From the NCBI GenBank assembly GCA_951406725.2, contig OX597825.1, positions 50,592,001 to 50,656,000 of the forward strand: a stretch of DNA of 64,000 nt. Direction: 5' to 3'. Shown in pieces: positions 12,846-27,800 of the stretch (positions within the stretch are counted from its first letter, which is position 1; every line of letters starts with the position of its first letter). Source of the DNA: Octopus vulgaris (taxonomy: Eukaryota). The position numbers and the translations under genes were made by a program. The notes beneath the pieces were generated by a model. It was not told the DNA's origin and did no database searches. It saw only the letters and a list, made by a program, of their open reading frames with translations.

Positions 12846-14689
12846 TATCATTATCATCATAATCATCATGATTATCCTTATGATTATTGTTGTTGTTGTT
12901 GTTATTATTATTATTATAATCTTGATAATCTTAGAGAAAGGGAAATGAAGATTTATAACCATTTGAGAAGTTATCTAAGGAATCAAAGTTTTATTCTATA
13001 AAGTGGATATTATATGATAAATTGTATATCACACAGTGTTGTTGAGAGAATCTGATAATTAAGTAGACTCATACAATAAATTGTCATAGAGAATAACAAT
13101 ATATGATAAATGATATATTTAATGGGTATATAACAGAGATAATTGTATTGGATAATAAAAGGATAAAATGAAGTTGAATAAATGAAGAATATTTCATAAT
13201 TGAGTGTTTCATATAGGTTAAAGTACAGTGTAATTGTGTTATAGATAAATGGTTATATTAAAATTAGTGTATTGAATGTGCTTTAGATTGCATTTTATTA
13301 ACCTCTTGTTATTTCTGCTGGGTTGGAAAGGTTTGTAAATATACATGTATCAATCATGGTGTCGTTGTCTAAGCAGGGTTTGTTTGTAGTTTGCAGTCAA
13401 TGATCATGTTTTAGCTTGTTAACTCTTTTCGTTTTACTGGCATTTCTGAGACAACGAAATGGTAGTGTCAAAAACGTAGAAACAAATAATTAATCATTTT
13501 AACAGTACTTAGCAATGGTTGTCTATTTGTTATTTTGTCTCAGCTCATCCTTAATCTAACAGAACTATTATGAAAGACATTCCAATCATGACTGTCCTGT
13601 CTTACAGGTGTAGTGAATTACATTATCTAATGTATCCTTCTCTTTTAATGTCAGGGCAGTGTAATTTGAGGGAAATTTGGCTGCTAATTCTGGCAGGACA
13701 AGCAGCTGTTAGGAGGCTCAATATTTCATGAATATTGTTATCTAGTGTTATTTAGCTCTAGGTCAACCCTGATTGAATAGACAAATCAGTTTCATCAATG
13801 AATGATATTCACATGATCAGTCAATAAATTATCAGGTGACTGAGTATTCCACATATACTTGTATTTATAAAGTAATTCCCAAGTAGACTCAGAGGGCTAC
13901 AGTGTATCAATGACTGCACCATTGAATTACTGGTACAATTCATCTGATGGACTTCTACACATTTTCTGACTATCCTGATTTCACCCACAAGGTTTGGCTT
14001 GACCGATGGCTGAGGCCAGTAGTACTTGCTCATGATGCCTGCAGCTCAGCAGCTGGAGAGGCTGGTCCATGTCATCTGAAAGTGTCATAGGGTGCTGGAT
14101 GGAAGGACTGATTAAATTGATTGGAGTTTGATTTGGTTTGGATCTCCAGGCTTGACAAGAATTGGATGGAGACAGAGATGATGAGCCAGGTGCCAGTCTC
14201 ACCCGGAAATGGTTCGGGAGGAAGTGGTTCCTAGAGAAGTTGGGCAAAGGTGGTAAATGCATATATCACTTCCACCATATGCTTCTGCCTGATCATCATC
14301 CCTTGCCCTGCTTTGTGGTTGATCAAGATGAAGCACTTGCTCTGTGACCACATGATTGTGAAGAAAATATTTATAATCTATTGGTCATGCTGAATAGCTT
14401 AATATCAAAGACAATCCTGCCATGACCATCTTGTTTGTTTCTTATATGGAGGGAAGCCAGGACCACATTAAGCAAGATGTCTTTTTCTATGGCAAGCAGG
14501 GTATGACGAGGGAAAATTGGTTGCTATTTCTAGCAAATTGACATATACTGTCTCATTAATTGGGCATGCAATCAATAGAAATGATTATGGATATAGTTAT
14601 TGAATGGTTAATATTGATTTTCAAGTAGAGTGGTGCAGTAGTTGGCATGATTGAATTATGTTGCATTAGATGTGCAATACCTCTCTCAG

Positions 14690-14786
14690 GTCAACACCTC
14701 TCCTGATCAACATCAACTCCCTGGGTCAACATAACCTCCCTGGGTCAACTATGCCTCTCTGGATGAACATCTCTCAGGAATCAACA
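14690..14786. repeat. Degenerate ~19-bp minisatellite (TCAACATNNCTCCCTGGG)
   Basis: About five imperfect units. Confidence 0.6.
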
Positions 14787-14806
14787 GACAATCAGGGTTA
14801 GCATAC

Positions 14807-14883
14807 CTCTACCCAAAACATATTTGTGGTTTCATCTTCACTAAGATGCAAAAAACTCAACCTTGTTATATTTCCGCAAGTAA
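14807..14883 (-). CDS. Candidate 77-nt internal coding exon
   Basis: CTTTCTAG acceptor, GAG|GTATG donor, open frame xTCGNITRLSFLHLSEDETTNMFWVE. Confidence 0.3.
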
Positions 14884-14889
14884 CTAGAA

Positions 14890-15407
14890 AGATGATGGTG
14901 GCAGTAGTGGTGATGATGATGATGGTGGTTGTGGTGGTGGTTGTGGTGGTGGCTGTGGTAATGGCTGTGGTGGTGGTGTTTGTGGTGGTGGTGGTGGTGG
15001 TTGTGGTGATTGTGGTGGTGGTTGTAGTGATGGTGGTGGTTGTGGTTATGGTGGAGGTGGTGGTGATGGTAGTGATCATAATAGTGGTGAGAGTGGTGTT
15101 GTTGGGGTTGGCGGTCATCATAACTTTATTGTTGGTGTTGGTAGGGTTGATCTGGTTCAGTCAAATACATCAAACCCATGCTGTTATATGTATTTCGTTT
15201 ATAGCTTCCAAAAGATGCAATGACAAAGATGAGGATAACAGGAAAAAATTCTCTTATCAGATGTTCATGACTAATGATGCTGGTAGGAGGAAGCAATATA
15301 CTATATTTGTTGTCCTCCTCCTTCTCCTCCTCCCACTTCTCCTCCTCCTCCTCCTACTACTACTACTACTACTGCTACTGCTACTACTACTACTACTACT
15401 ACTGCTG

Positions 15408-15443
<36 letters not shown>

Positions 15444-15660
15444 ATACTACTACGTCGTTGTCATTGTCATTGTCATCATGATCATGATGTTCATCATTGT
15501 TATTGTTGTCTTCGTCATCATCATCATCCTCCACCACCACCACCACCACCATACCTCCCCCCAGCAGCAGCAGCAGCAGCAGCACCACCACCAACACCAT
15601 CACCACCCCCCCCCCCCAGACCGCTGCCGCTGCCGCCACCACAACCACCGCCACCACTAC
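14890..15660. repeat. Compound trinucleotide low-complexity block (GTG/CTA/CAT/CCA)
   Basis: Explains the poly-V/L/P ORFs. Confidence 0.9.
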
Positions 15661-16286
15661 AAGTAACTGCTATAGATAGGTGTTCAAATCTCTCTGGAAA
15701 TATTTCTTTATAACAGTAAGGTCCTCTGCTCTTTCTGACACTATTATCTTATATACATGGTTGAAATAGTTCCATTAGAATGGTTCAAGAGCCTCAGTTT
15801 GTTAGTAGAGAGAGTTACAGTCAACTGAATTAACCCTTAATATGTTTATAGTTACTTATTATTTGGTTTTATAAGTATTATCAGAGCAGAAATAAATTGT
15901 AAAATAAAATCCATATATATTTTTGTTTTGGTAACACTTTTGTCAACCTGTTGGCCTCTTTTATAAAGCTAATATTATCTACAAGAATACTGAAAATTAT
16001 ATATATATAAAAAATAATAATAGAGTCTTTTATTACTGACTTTTCATTCTCTTGTAGATGTTATATTCTTACGAAGACCTCAATTAGTTGGACTTTTCAT
16101 AACGTTGACTATAAAAGTGAGTCTAGAAAGCGAAATTAATAAAATAAAACCAGCAGTGATCAATGATAACTTTTGAAATAGGTTAATAGATAAAATTTAT
16201 CTAAATGTAATATACAATGGAAAATATTCTACAATAGGAACAGTGTAGACTGCAACATAAATACAATGATGAAATTACAATATTAA

Positions 16287-16325
<39 letters not shown>

Positions 16326-16360
16326 AATATATATATATACATATATAAATACATACATAT

Positions 16361-16407
<47 letters not shown>

Positions 16408-17164
16408 TAAATACATACATATATACATATACACATATATAAATACATACATATATACATACATATATACATATATATACATACATATACATACATATAT
16501 ATATATATATAATAATTGTATGTATATATATATAATCTATATATTTATGTATGTATATATGTATGTATGTATGTAAATGCGTATATAAGTATATAGAAAA
16601 ATGTTAAATACTGTTAAGTATGAGAATACATACTGAAAAGCAGATGAAAGAATAATTACAAAGATCGGCAAACATAATGCTAACATAAATGACTGTGGTG
16701 TTGGTCAAATAACGTAATGATCAAACAGTTGTTACACTCTATCTTATTGGCCATCAGTGATGTTTTTGCTGGCTCAATCTAACCGGTTGTTAACCAGGTA
16801 GTGAACAGTTTACTTCTTGCTGTATACAACTATATTGGAGTAGCACTGATGAGTGCGAGGCTGGGCTGATCTGCAGTCCTTGCTGCCATTTTGATTCCAT
16901 CTATGACTATATAGCATGGGGTGTGGAGGAGGTTCTAGATTGGTGTCTATCAGGATCAGAAACATCTTGACGGACAACATGGAGACAAAGTCTTCAGTAC
17001 TACTCTTCCAATAAGGAAACGGTTATAAGATGGAGAATGCACTTGCACTTGCAAGATACATACTCAGATTGACATAAACTCATATCCCAAAGTATGTGTA
17101 CACATATGTACATATGATAATTGTAATTGTATGAGTGTGTGTGTGTATACATACATATATATAT

Positions 17165-17204
<40 letters not shown>

Positions 17205-17221
17205 CATTCATACATATATAT

Positions 17222-17700
<479 letters not shown>

Positions 17701-18424
17701 ATGCTTGCACAGATCAGATAGAATTTCATGCGGTAGATTTTTCAAATACTTCTTGGGTCTGGCCTTGCTGTAACAAGGTGGCTCGCTTGTTCTGTAGATC
17801 TGAGAAAACGCTACCAACTGGAACTTTACTCCTGGTAGGACCACTCTAAGCAGGCCAGTCTCCGGAGGAGAATCCAGACTAATGGCAACCCATGGTGTGT
17901 GAGCTCATCCTTAAAAAGGCAGCCCCATTATCCGACTTGTTATGATACTGGCCAGAAAAATATTGCGTTGTCTGACATCAGGACAGATCCCTGTATGCTT
18001 CTGAGCAACAAGATGATGTCATCTCGGAGGATAAAGACGGGACTGTGAGTGATGGTGTAGGGGCTGGAACTGGTGGAACTGGTTGGCTCTAAGTCTGATG
18101 ATCCATTTTGGCTATTAACCTGGAATGATCCCAGCCTCATTGAGCAAGATCAACAGATTTTCTACAGCTGGATGTTTCTCCTCTCACCATCCCCCTACTC
18201 CACACTGGTTTCCAATTGAGGTAATCTTTTGCTTTGGCCAGATGTGTTTTTCATGGGAGACTAGAAATGAATATCACTTGTATAATGATGCTCATTTACA
18301 AGCTGCACATGTATCAAGACAATGTAAACACATATACATTATTATATATATACACACACAAGCACGTACACACACACACACACGCGCGGGTAAGAGTGTG
18401 GTTGTTACTTTCTGTTGCTTCCTT

Positions 18425-18717
18425 TCAGCACGTAAAAAGCACCATCCGAACGTGGCCGATTGCAGCGCCGCCTTGACTTGCTTCTGTGCCGGTGGCACGT
18501 AAAAAACACCAACCGATCGTTGCCGCTGCGAGCCCCCCTGGCACCTGTGCCGGCGGCACGAAAATAGCACCCACTTCACTCACAGAGTGGTTGGCGTTGG
18601 GAAGGTCATCCACCTGTAGAAACACTGCCAGATCAGACTGGAGCCTGTTGCAGCCTCTTGGCTTCCCAGACCCCGGTCACACTGTCAAACCCGTTAAACG
18701 ATGATGATGATGATGAT
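18425..18717 (+). mobile_element. RTE-like LINE 3' UTR / derived repeat
   Basis: Three GCACGTAAAAAGCACC-type units and a CGTTAAAC(GAT)n tail. A related tail is at ~3125-3168. Confidence 0.55.
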
Positions 18718-19088
18718 TCTCCGTATTTGTTTCTCTCTCCTTTCTCTCTCACTTTCCCACTCTCTTACTTTTCTTTTCTCTCGGACTCTCCCTCGCTTTC
18801 TCTTACTCTCTATCTTTATCTCTCTCTCTCCCATTTATAAACAACAGAAGATCTTGAGTAAGTTGAGAAATAAAATATTTAGAAAGATCAATGAGAAATA
18901 TGAGGCAGTGGCAATGGAAAGGTCTGCTTCAAGGCAGACAGCAAAACACTAACATTTAAAAGGGACAGACGAACTTGCGAGCTGAATAAAAATAATACGA
19001 TATTGGAAATCAAAGTTTGAAGGGATAGAATCTGAGGATAGTAGAGTCACCATGGCTGGCATTTCTTAACGACGGCCAGCAACGTAGT

Positions 19089-19292
19089 GACAGTTTAACG
19101 GCTGGCGTAAAATTCTGAACTTGATGTAAAAGAAAATTCGTAAACACCAAGTTTTGAAGTGATTCTTTCTCACGACAGTAAACTCACCATGGCAAGCATT
19201 CAAAACTTCTTTATCATGGACGGCAACACATTGACGATTAAAAGGCTGGCGCAAATTTTTTAGCTTGATGTAACAGAGAATTGCTAAACACC
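19089..19292. repeat. Two ~60-bp direct repeats ~144 bp apart
   Basis: GGCTGGCG(T/C)AAA...CTTGATGTAA..AGA.AATT..TAAACACC occurs twice. Confidence 0.7.
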
Positions 19293-19857
19293 CGCTCCTT
19301 TAAATTTTAATCTCCTTCCAGCCCCATTTAGACCCCTTTTCACATTTTGGTTAATATAACCCGATTTCATTCGGGTCTACTGGGGCCACATTTTATAAGA
19401 TGAGGAATTTTCTCCTAGAGGTGACGCCTTCATTTGAGGAAAAAAATAGTTGTCATGCAAACTTGCCAGCACTTTTAACATAGGTGTGCATATTTTCAGC
19501 TGAATCGACCGACTACGTAATGCACACATTATATATATATATGTATATATATATGTGTGTGTGTGTGTGTGCACGCATTATATATACAAATATACAAATG
19601 AGATATATATCTGTATAAATTAAATTAGAGATAAAACCACTAATAGGCAAATCAAACAGTGAAAAACCAAAAACGAAAACATAAAAAAAATATAATATAG
19701 AAAATATATAAAATATAAAATTGAAAAATTTAAATTATTTAAATTGAAAATAAAAATTATTAAATTATATTTATAATTTGTTTAAAAATATATATAACTA
19801 TGAAAAAGTATGTAAAAGTTTAATATACATAAATACAGATATATACACTTTGTATAT

Positions 19858-20085
19858 ATACATTATATATACATATTTATATATAGAACACACACACACA
19901 CACATACATTATATATACATATTTATATATAGAACACACACACACATACATTATATATACATATTTATATATGGAACACACACACACACACATACATTAT
20001 ATATACATATTTATATATAGAACACACACACACACACATACATTATATATACATATTTATATATAGAACACACACACACACATAT
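19858..20085. repeat. ~45-bp minisatellite, about 5 units
   Basis: Repeated ACATTATATATACATATTTATATATAGAAC(AC)n. Confidence 0.85.
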
Positions 20086-20819
20086 AAATGAACGCAAGAA
20101 TATCTGATTCATAATATTTGTTCTCATGCTTGTGTGTTGTTGGTGACAGACATATACTTAAAAGAACGCCGCCGAAGTGATGGGAAGGTAGGAAACAGAG
20201 TCAGTGAAAAAGAAAGGAAATAGCGAGAGTGACAGATACTTTAAATAACGGTAGTGGACTTCTCAAAGTTATATATGAAGGGGAGTAAGAGAGGGAAAGG
20301 AGGAAATAGCGTGAGTGAGGAAGATGGCCCCTATCAACCACACTTTTTAAGATAGGGATTTCTAAGGTAGCCCACGAGCATCGTCACCTCATTCTACATG
20401 TCCCTGTAAATTTTGGACCGAATCGGACGGGACGTAGTGGCATTGAAAGCGATCCAAGCGGTAAAAACGCATTTCAGTTTTATATATAGAGAAGATATGT
20501 ATAAAATATAAATTAGAGATAAAACCACTATTATGCAACTCAAACAGTGATAGACATAAACCAAAACATAAATAACAAATAAAATATAATTTTATAAAAC
20601 ATATAACTAGATCTCAAAGGTATAAAAATTAATAATCAATATAACATGCTTCTTTCAGTTTCTGTCTACCAAATTTCAAAATAAGATCATGGCTGACAGG
20701 TGCTGTGCAGTGGAATTGAACCTGATGTCATATAGCTGATAAGTAAGCTTCTTTATCACACAGCTGTGCCTGCATCTATAGAAGTGATAACATATATATA
20801 TATATAAATATCAAATTGG

Positions 20820-21025
20820 TGAGTTGGCAGAAATGTTAGCATGCTGGGCAAAATGCTTAGCAGTATTTCATCTATCTTCAAGTTTTGAGTCCAAATTCTA
20901 CTGAGGTAGACTTTGCTTTTCATCCTCTTAGGGGTTGATAAATTAAATACCAGTCATGTACTGGGGTTGATCTAATCGACTGGCGCCCTCCCAAAAATGT
21001 TGGGCCTTGTGCCTTGAGTAGAAAA
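20820..21025 (+). mobile_element. SINE family B
   Basis: Full head-core-tail similarity to other copies. Confidence 0.75.
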
Positions 21026-21464
21026 GACTATATATATAATATCTCTAGAATATCTCCGGTAGTAATCTGCACTAGTGCAGACCCTTTGCATATCAACCTT
21101 CTCCAGCACTCTCTCAACAATCTAGGAGGGCCTGCACCCTCCCCGGCCACTATTAAGTAGATTACTGGAACTTTGGCTGCTATGACTAGTCTTGAGATGA
21201 ATACTGGTGTGGTTTCCTGTTGCCTTCTTCTGACAGGTGAGATTTGAACTCAGAATGTGGAGCTACGAGATGTACTATAAACTATTTCTGTTCATGCATT
21301 AATGGTTCTGCCCCTTTCCTACCCACAGAGCATCATGAAACAAAGCGTTTTGCTTGAGAGCACAACTTGCTGCCCAGTTCAAGAATCGAATCCATGATCT
21401 AGTTATCATGAGTGCAGCATCCTAACCATTAGGCCACAGGTCTTCACACATACACATGCATGCA

Positions 21465-21532
<68 letters not shown>

Positions 21533-22439
21533 CATACTGATACAGATACAGACACACACACACGCATACTGATACAGATACAGACACACACATACACAGG
21601 CACACACAAATACTCAATGTGTGTGTGTGAGAGTGTGTGTATGTATCAAGGCATGTGGCCTAGTGGCACACACACACGACCACACACACACACACACACA
21701 TACACACACACACACAACCACACACACACACACACACACATGCATAAATAAATAGATTGATTGGTCATTGGATAGATAGATAGATATACAGATATAGATT
21801 AAATAAGAAAGAGAGACAGAAAAAGACACACAGACAGACAAGAGAGTAGCATCAATAAAAGGGAGAAAGAGAAAGGAATATGGAAAGGGAGATGTTATGA
21901 AAATATTCCAAGATATCTTGTGTGTATTTGGATTGGGACAGCAATATATTATTGCCGTTTATATTTAGAAAGTGCAGGATTTTATATTTTATCTTCTGAA
22001 ATAAATCAATTTTGTTTTGCAGACATTCTGGGATATTTTATTGGAGTTTGTCCAATTAATAGGATTCTTGAGGTCGTTGTTGATGTTTAGACTCCAATAA
22101 CTGTCTACTGACTGTTTTAAGTGGATTGATCTGAGCTCCAAACATTTGGTGTAATGTGAGTTTCATCTTGTTAGTCTTGTGTATCAGTGTATTAATTATT
22201 GTTGTTGATTCTGTACTGGTTGTTATTGATCTTGTATTTGTAGAGGTTGCTGTGGTAGTTGTTGATGATGTTTTTAAGACACCCTAGTCAAATCTGCAAG
22301 AACATTATCATAGTCTAGAAATAGCTATTAGTCAGTTTTGGGTGTGACCTTCTGGTGAGATCCATAAGGTCAATTGAAGCATGTTTGTCTGGATATAGTC
22401 TGGTTTTGGAGCACTTCATGTTATGAAAGTAATATTCGT

Positions 22440-22905
22440 TTCAAGTTTTGACACAAAGTCAGCAAGTTTGGTGGAAAGCATTAAATCGATTACATTGAGC
22501 CCAGTGCACTACTGGTACTTATTTTATTATTGACTCCAAAAGGATGAAAGGCAAAATCAACCTGAGCAGAATTTGAACTCAGAATGTGAAGATGGACAGA
22601 ATGCCACTAAGCATTTCGCCAGGCATGCTAATGACTCAACCAGCCTCACGCTTATGATTCAGCCAACTGCCTTAGTTGAAATAGAAATATTGGTTTCAAG
22701 TTTTGACACAAGATCAGCAAGCTTAGTAGAAGGGGTTAAGTCAATTACATCACCCCCAGTGCTCAACTGGTACAATATTTTATCAACCCTGAAAAGATGA
22801 AAGGCAAAGTCGACCTAATCGTAATTTGAACTCAGAATGTAAAGACAGACAAAATGCTGTTAAGTATTTTGCTCAGTGCATTAACAATTCTGCCTGGTCG
22901 CTGCT
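22440..22905 (-). mobile_element. Two adjacent family B SINEs
   Basis: Two GATGAAAGGCAAA...ATTTGAACTCAG units (22440-22650 and 22690-22905). Confidence 0.75.
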
Positions 22906-24257
22906 CTTCGTTATGAAAATAATATATTAGCACTCATGTTGATATTGTTTATAGAGGAAGGAATAGATATGAGATCATGGTTTAGCAAGGATTATGTTGA
23001 ATGTAGTGTCATAGAATGGCTTGTTGTTTTGAGTGCAGTATGGTAGGGTGTCTGTGTTGAATAGGTTGTAGTTTGGTAGTGTAAATGTGTAGTGTAGCTA
23101 TGTTGTGTGAAGTATAGTGTGATAGTGTTGGGTGTAGTGTGGTAGCATGGATTGGTAGGTGGGCTGAAGCATGGGTTCTAGTGTGCAGTAAGAAGTGTAG
23201 TGGGGTATTGTAATTGTATTTTTGAAGGTATTGTGTGGTAGTATGATTTTGTTGTGTTGTGAGTAGCATTGCAATATTGTATAGTTGTGTAATATGATTG
23301 TCTGTGAATAGTTTGGGCTACGGCTTTTTTCTATGAAAACTTTAAAATAAGACGAAAAAAAAAAACCTGTAAGAACAGAAGGGTCTTCTAAGTGGAAACA
23401 CTCTCAGGGTCTTGATTATCTTCCTTATATGTGATATGTGGTGAGGTGAGTAAACGTATGTATTAGTATGTGCGTAAGTGTGTGTATACGTGTGTGAGTG
23501 TGCGTGAGTGTGCGTGCGTGCGCGTATAGGTGTATTTGTATGAAAAAGGTTGTATAAGAGTTTTTTTTATAACTCTTTAAAGAATTGCTCACTTGAAGAG
23601 AGAGAGAGAGGGGGGAGAAAGAAAGGAAGAGATGGGGAGAAATTGAACGAGAGCGTAGGAAAAAGGGGGAGAGAAGGAGTGATTTCTGAGCAAAACATTC
23701 AATTTAATATTCTGTTTCATCCAAGTTGCTGTGATCATAAACTGCTCTTAATATCAATCAGAAGGTGATCAAATAGGCTAATATATTGAACACTAGTTTC
23801 ATTTCGTTCTTTTATTGTGTAGTTTCAAATCCTGTTATTTTTCACATTCCGTTTACCAACGGTCTATAAATGCGGTACCAGTGATATGTTGAGAACATTT
23901 ATAACCTTCTCCTACACATGAAGTGACATGGTGTCTTGACAAAGCACAAAAATCAATAAATTATTTTGATTTCATTGGTGGGCACCACGCAAAAAATCTA
24001 CATATAGAAGGAGTAAGACAATGTGGCATTCATGCCTTTCTCCGAGCTGTAGATAAGTAAAATAAGATGAACTAACAACAACTGATAATCAGAACTTGTC
24101 CATAGATTCTAATTTAAGGAACTTAGTGATTTCTTTACAGTAGGCAAGTTTACTGAGTCGGAAGAGCGTCAGACAGGATCACATATCACTTCTAGTATTT
24201 GCTGTAGGTTCAAATCCTGCTTCATATCGCAGTAAAGATAGTAATAATATTAATAAT

Positions 24258-24540
24258 TGCAAATTTTGGCACAAGGCCAGCAATTTCGGGGCGAGAGGGT
24301 AAGTTGATTACATCGACCCCAGTACTCAACTGGTACTTATTTTATCGACCTCGAAAGGATGAAAAGCAAAGTCAACCTCGGCGGAAATTGAACTCTGAAC
24401 GTAAAGTCAGACGAAATGACGCTAAGCATTTTGCTCGGTGTGCTAGGTACTCATTTGATCGGCCCTGAATGGATAAAAGGCAAAGTCGACCTCTACAGAA
24501 TTTGAACTCAGGTGTAAAAACAGACGAAATACCGATAATA
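24258..24540 (-). mobile_element. Family B SINE pair; the second is interrupted by the mariner and continues at 25794-25828
   Basis: SINE consensus GACGAAATACCGCTAAG|CATTT..GGCGTGCTAA is split by the transposon. Confidence 0.75.
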
Positions 24541-25791
24541 TTGGGTTGTCCGGAAAGTTCGTGCCTATTTTTAAAAGAAAGAAAAAGGTCAATAAATACT
24601 TGCCATTACATTTTTAATGAACCAAATATGAACCATTTTGTTGCACAATGCGTTTCCATCTTTCCTTTAACTTGAAAATACCCTCTTCCCAGAATTGATG
24701 TGCTTTCATGGCAAAGAATTCATCAAGGTATCTTTTTACGTCATCCAAAGAACTGAAATTTTTACCCTTAAGACTATTCTACAGAGACCTGAATAAGTGG
24801 AAATCCAAAGGAGAAATATCTGGTGAATATGGAGGGTGGGGTAACACATCCTAGTCGAGCTGCAGCAAATTTTGTCTGGTTCCCAAAGAAACGTGCAGTC
24901 TTGCATTATCATGTTGGAAAGCAACACCCTTCCTGTTGGCCAATTCTGGACGTTTCTCTTCAATTGCTGCTTTTAACTCGTACAGTTGTGTGCAGTATTT
25001 CTTGTTACTTGGGAGAAGCTAATAGTACAGAATTCCTTTCCAATCCCACCAGACACAAAGCAAGACATTTTTAGGGTGAAGACCCGCGTTTGGGGTGGCT
25101 AACGGTGGCTCATGTTGCTTACTCCAGAATCGCTTCCTCTGAAGATTTCGGTAGCTAATCCATTTCTCATCACCTGTCACAATTTGCTTTAAAAGAAGGC
25201 GCGTTTTCATTCCGTTTATAAAGTGAATCACCGAGGGAAATGCGATCCAAAAGGTTCTTCTCACTCAGCTCATGTGGTACCCAAACATCATAGCGATTTG
25301 TGTACCCAAGCTTTACCAGGTGCACATGAACGACGGATTTTGATAGGTTGAGGCTTTCTGCCAATTCTCGAGTTGTGCAATGTGTGTTATTCTCAATTAA
25401 TGACTTGATTTAGTCATCATCTGTAGTAAATGGTCCGCCTGATCGCTCTTTATCAATAAGGCTACAATCTCCAGCTCGAAACCTTGCGAACCACTTCCGT
25501 ACAGTTCTTTCGGATAAAGAAACATCACCGTAAACTGTGCATATTTCTTTGGTTGCTTGTGAGGCATATTTTCCTTTACGGAAAAAGAAAAGCATCCAAT
25601 GCCGAAAATAAACTTTCTCATCTTCCATTTTAAAGGGTTACAGAATTAACACAGGTCATAGGAACATAAATCTTCTTCCACGAAAAGATAGCTTAATCTG
25701 TGCTCTAAATGGAGGTGTAGTCAAATCCCATGTTCTAAAATAAGTCGAAAGGTAAGCTACTATAAATCGCACGGTTTTCCGGACAACCCAA
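24541..25791 (-). mobile_element. Near full-length mariner (DD34D) transposon, inactivated
   Basis: TIRs TTGGGTTGTCCGGAAA / TTTCCGGACAACCCAA, TA duplicated on both sides, 1251 bp. Confidence 0.93.
24614..25628 (-). pseudogene. Mariner transposase pseudogene
   Basis: HTH region, WVPHEL, TGDEKW, HDNAR and HPPYSPDISPLDFHLF motifs, with stops and frameshifts. Confidence 0.92.
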
Positions 25792-26099
25792 TAATTTTGT
25801 ACGGCGTGCTAAGGATTTGGCCAGCTAAGAGTTTACAAAAGGATACGATATGTTATGATTTGATATGATCTAGGTTACAAGAAGGCTTGAGAAGGGTAAT
25901 ATAACAACAACAACAACAACAATCACAATACTACCATTATCAACAATAACAGCAGCAACAGTAACATTAGTTTTTGTTTTATTTACTACTAAGTATTTAC
26001 AAAAAGGTACTAATCGATACAATACCATATGGGCGTTACATAAAAGCATGTAAACAGTAAAATAACATAAAAAATTCAAACAAGAAATAATTCCTCAAA

Positions 26100-27800
26100 G
26101 CTAGAAGAGAATTCTGAAGGCTGCTTGTGTAAACACCACAAAACCACAGTTATTCCAGACACTAGGTCAAAGGCCTTCTCTCTATTCTCATCCAGCAACG
26201 AATAGGTGCATGCTCAGAGCAGGCCCATTCACTGGAAAGCAGCACCTCCCTCTCCATCCTCACTTTCCTTTACAAGTGAAACGCGAGCAAGTTGATAAGG
26301 GCTTAACCAAAGAGGAAGGTATCTGTCTCTAATCTTTTAAGTTTGGTCTACTACTTAACCTCTTTTGTTAAGAGCAGTAGGTTGATGAACACTGCATGTC
26401 CTTCCCGGCCAAAGGAATGTGGTGAGACGATCTTCACAATAGACTCAGCTGATAGCTTGATCAGTCCTATACGCGACAGTAGTGTTTTCGACATAACTCA
26501 GTAAGCCAGCAATGTTCGGGCACTGGACGATTGCATGCAGAAGAGGTTTGTCGCTCTGCAAGCATTTTAGGCAGGACCAGCTGAAAACACTCCTATGGCA
26601 TCAATCGGAAATGATCTCCGGTGATACTGCCAGGCCTGAGATTTATGGAAAAATTCCATGAGCTCCAACTTGAAAGCGACCTGGAATAGATCAGCCAGTT
26701 GATTCTCGTGGAAGCCCAGATCTCTCCGAGAACGTCGTCACTCTTGCCCGATCTATAGAATGCCAAAGTGGAACGTCCACCGATAGCTTTGCTCGATTGT
26801 GTGCCTGACAACACTTTAGGTGCCAAGTGCACTGCCTCGGTCTGTACTCAATATCCTCCCTCTATTGAATGAAATGGAGATCGTCGTGGATAGAACTGTT
26901 CATCACCAATTAGACCATTGACAAGCGCCAGCCTTTATGCTAATACCTTGTCCAAATTTTGAAATATGCGATTACTAGAATTATGGGCTTTAAATGATCA
27001 ATGTGAGTTACAATACTCGAGTCCTTTCTCTACTGGACAACCACTTATCGACTTACAGTACTGGGTATTATCCCGTCTTGCTACCAGTTGCAGTAGATAT
27101 ATGTCTATAAGTCTCCAAATTAGTCTGGCATATAAAAATAAAGTGCGTGGAGTAAGCCAACCGAACCAGGTGATGTATCCAATCATCCCTTCCCATTTAT
27201 CAGTAGTTGTTACCCCAATATTTCATTTCACTTGCCGAGAGTCACGGCAAGCCATCGAGGTTGACATTGAAATCCATCCTGTGTTCCGGCCTGACATTCT
27301 TCCTGAAGTGCTTCTGGAAAGCCGTACGCATCTGCTTAGGGTTTAATAACATGCGCCCATTATGGTTTACCAAGGTGCGAATAGTGGAATTCTTGTCCCG
27401 TTGTGTTTCTGATATACGGGCTCATCGAACGACTTTTGTCCACTCTTGTCTAAGATCTCGTGCGATAGTTCTGAGAATGCCCTCATCGTGCTTCACGATA
27501 AAGAACTGGAATATTTCGAGGGTCAATCACGCCATAAGCACTTCTGCTGCGACACATTTTCTAAGCGTCGCTTCTAAGTTCGGAATCTCCGTCTATTCTA
27601 CTTTTTCCTCTGCCAGAACTTCCTTACTAAACCTTACCACCTCCACTCTTATTGCCCTTTTCAGGGTGAATCACCGTTTGTTGCTGATGATTATCTCCAT
27701 CAATATCAGCTTAACTAATTTGCATATCTGGTTTCTGTAAGCTTTGTCGGCAAATTCACATCAAGCGTGCGGTATTTTCCCCCTAGCTACGTTTGTTTTG
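26100..27800 (-). mobile_element. Internally deleted L1/Tx1 ORF2 relic
   Basis: The post-endonuclease linker resembles 10300-10750 (KHDEGILR / KHEGCIVR; NSTIRTLV), followed by a C-terminal CLKC...H...CP motif. The RT core is not seen. Confidence 0.6.

Noticed and set aside
14826-15713. 295-aa ORF and the many YI/CV/HT-rich ORFs across the window
   Set aside because: They are translations of microsatellites, not proteins.
16071-16121. Minus-strand exon-like segment with good splice signals
   Set aside because: Stops in all three frames; could only be non-coding.
16838-16890. CUGAUGA with a plausible stem I (GUAGCA/UGCUGC)
   Set aside because: No GAAA box; at best a deleted relic.
16950-17000. 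Minus-strand CUGAAGA...GUC-AAGA hammerhead-like remnant
   Set aside because: Core and stems too degenerate to support.
19858-20085. CRISPR-like regular array
   Set aside because: A eukaryotic minisatellite with no unique spacers and no cas genes.
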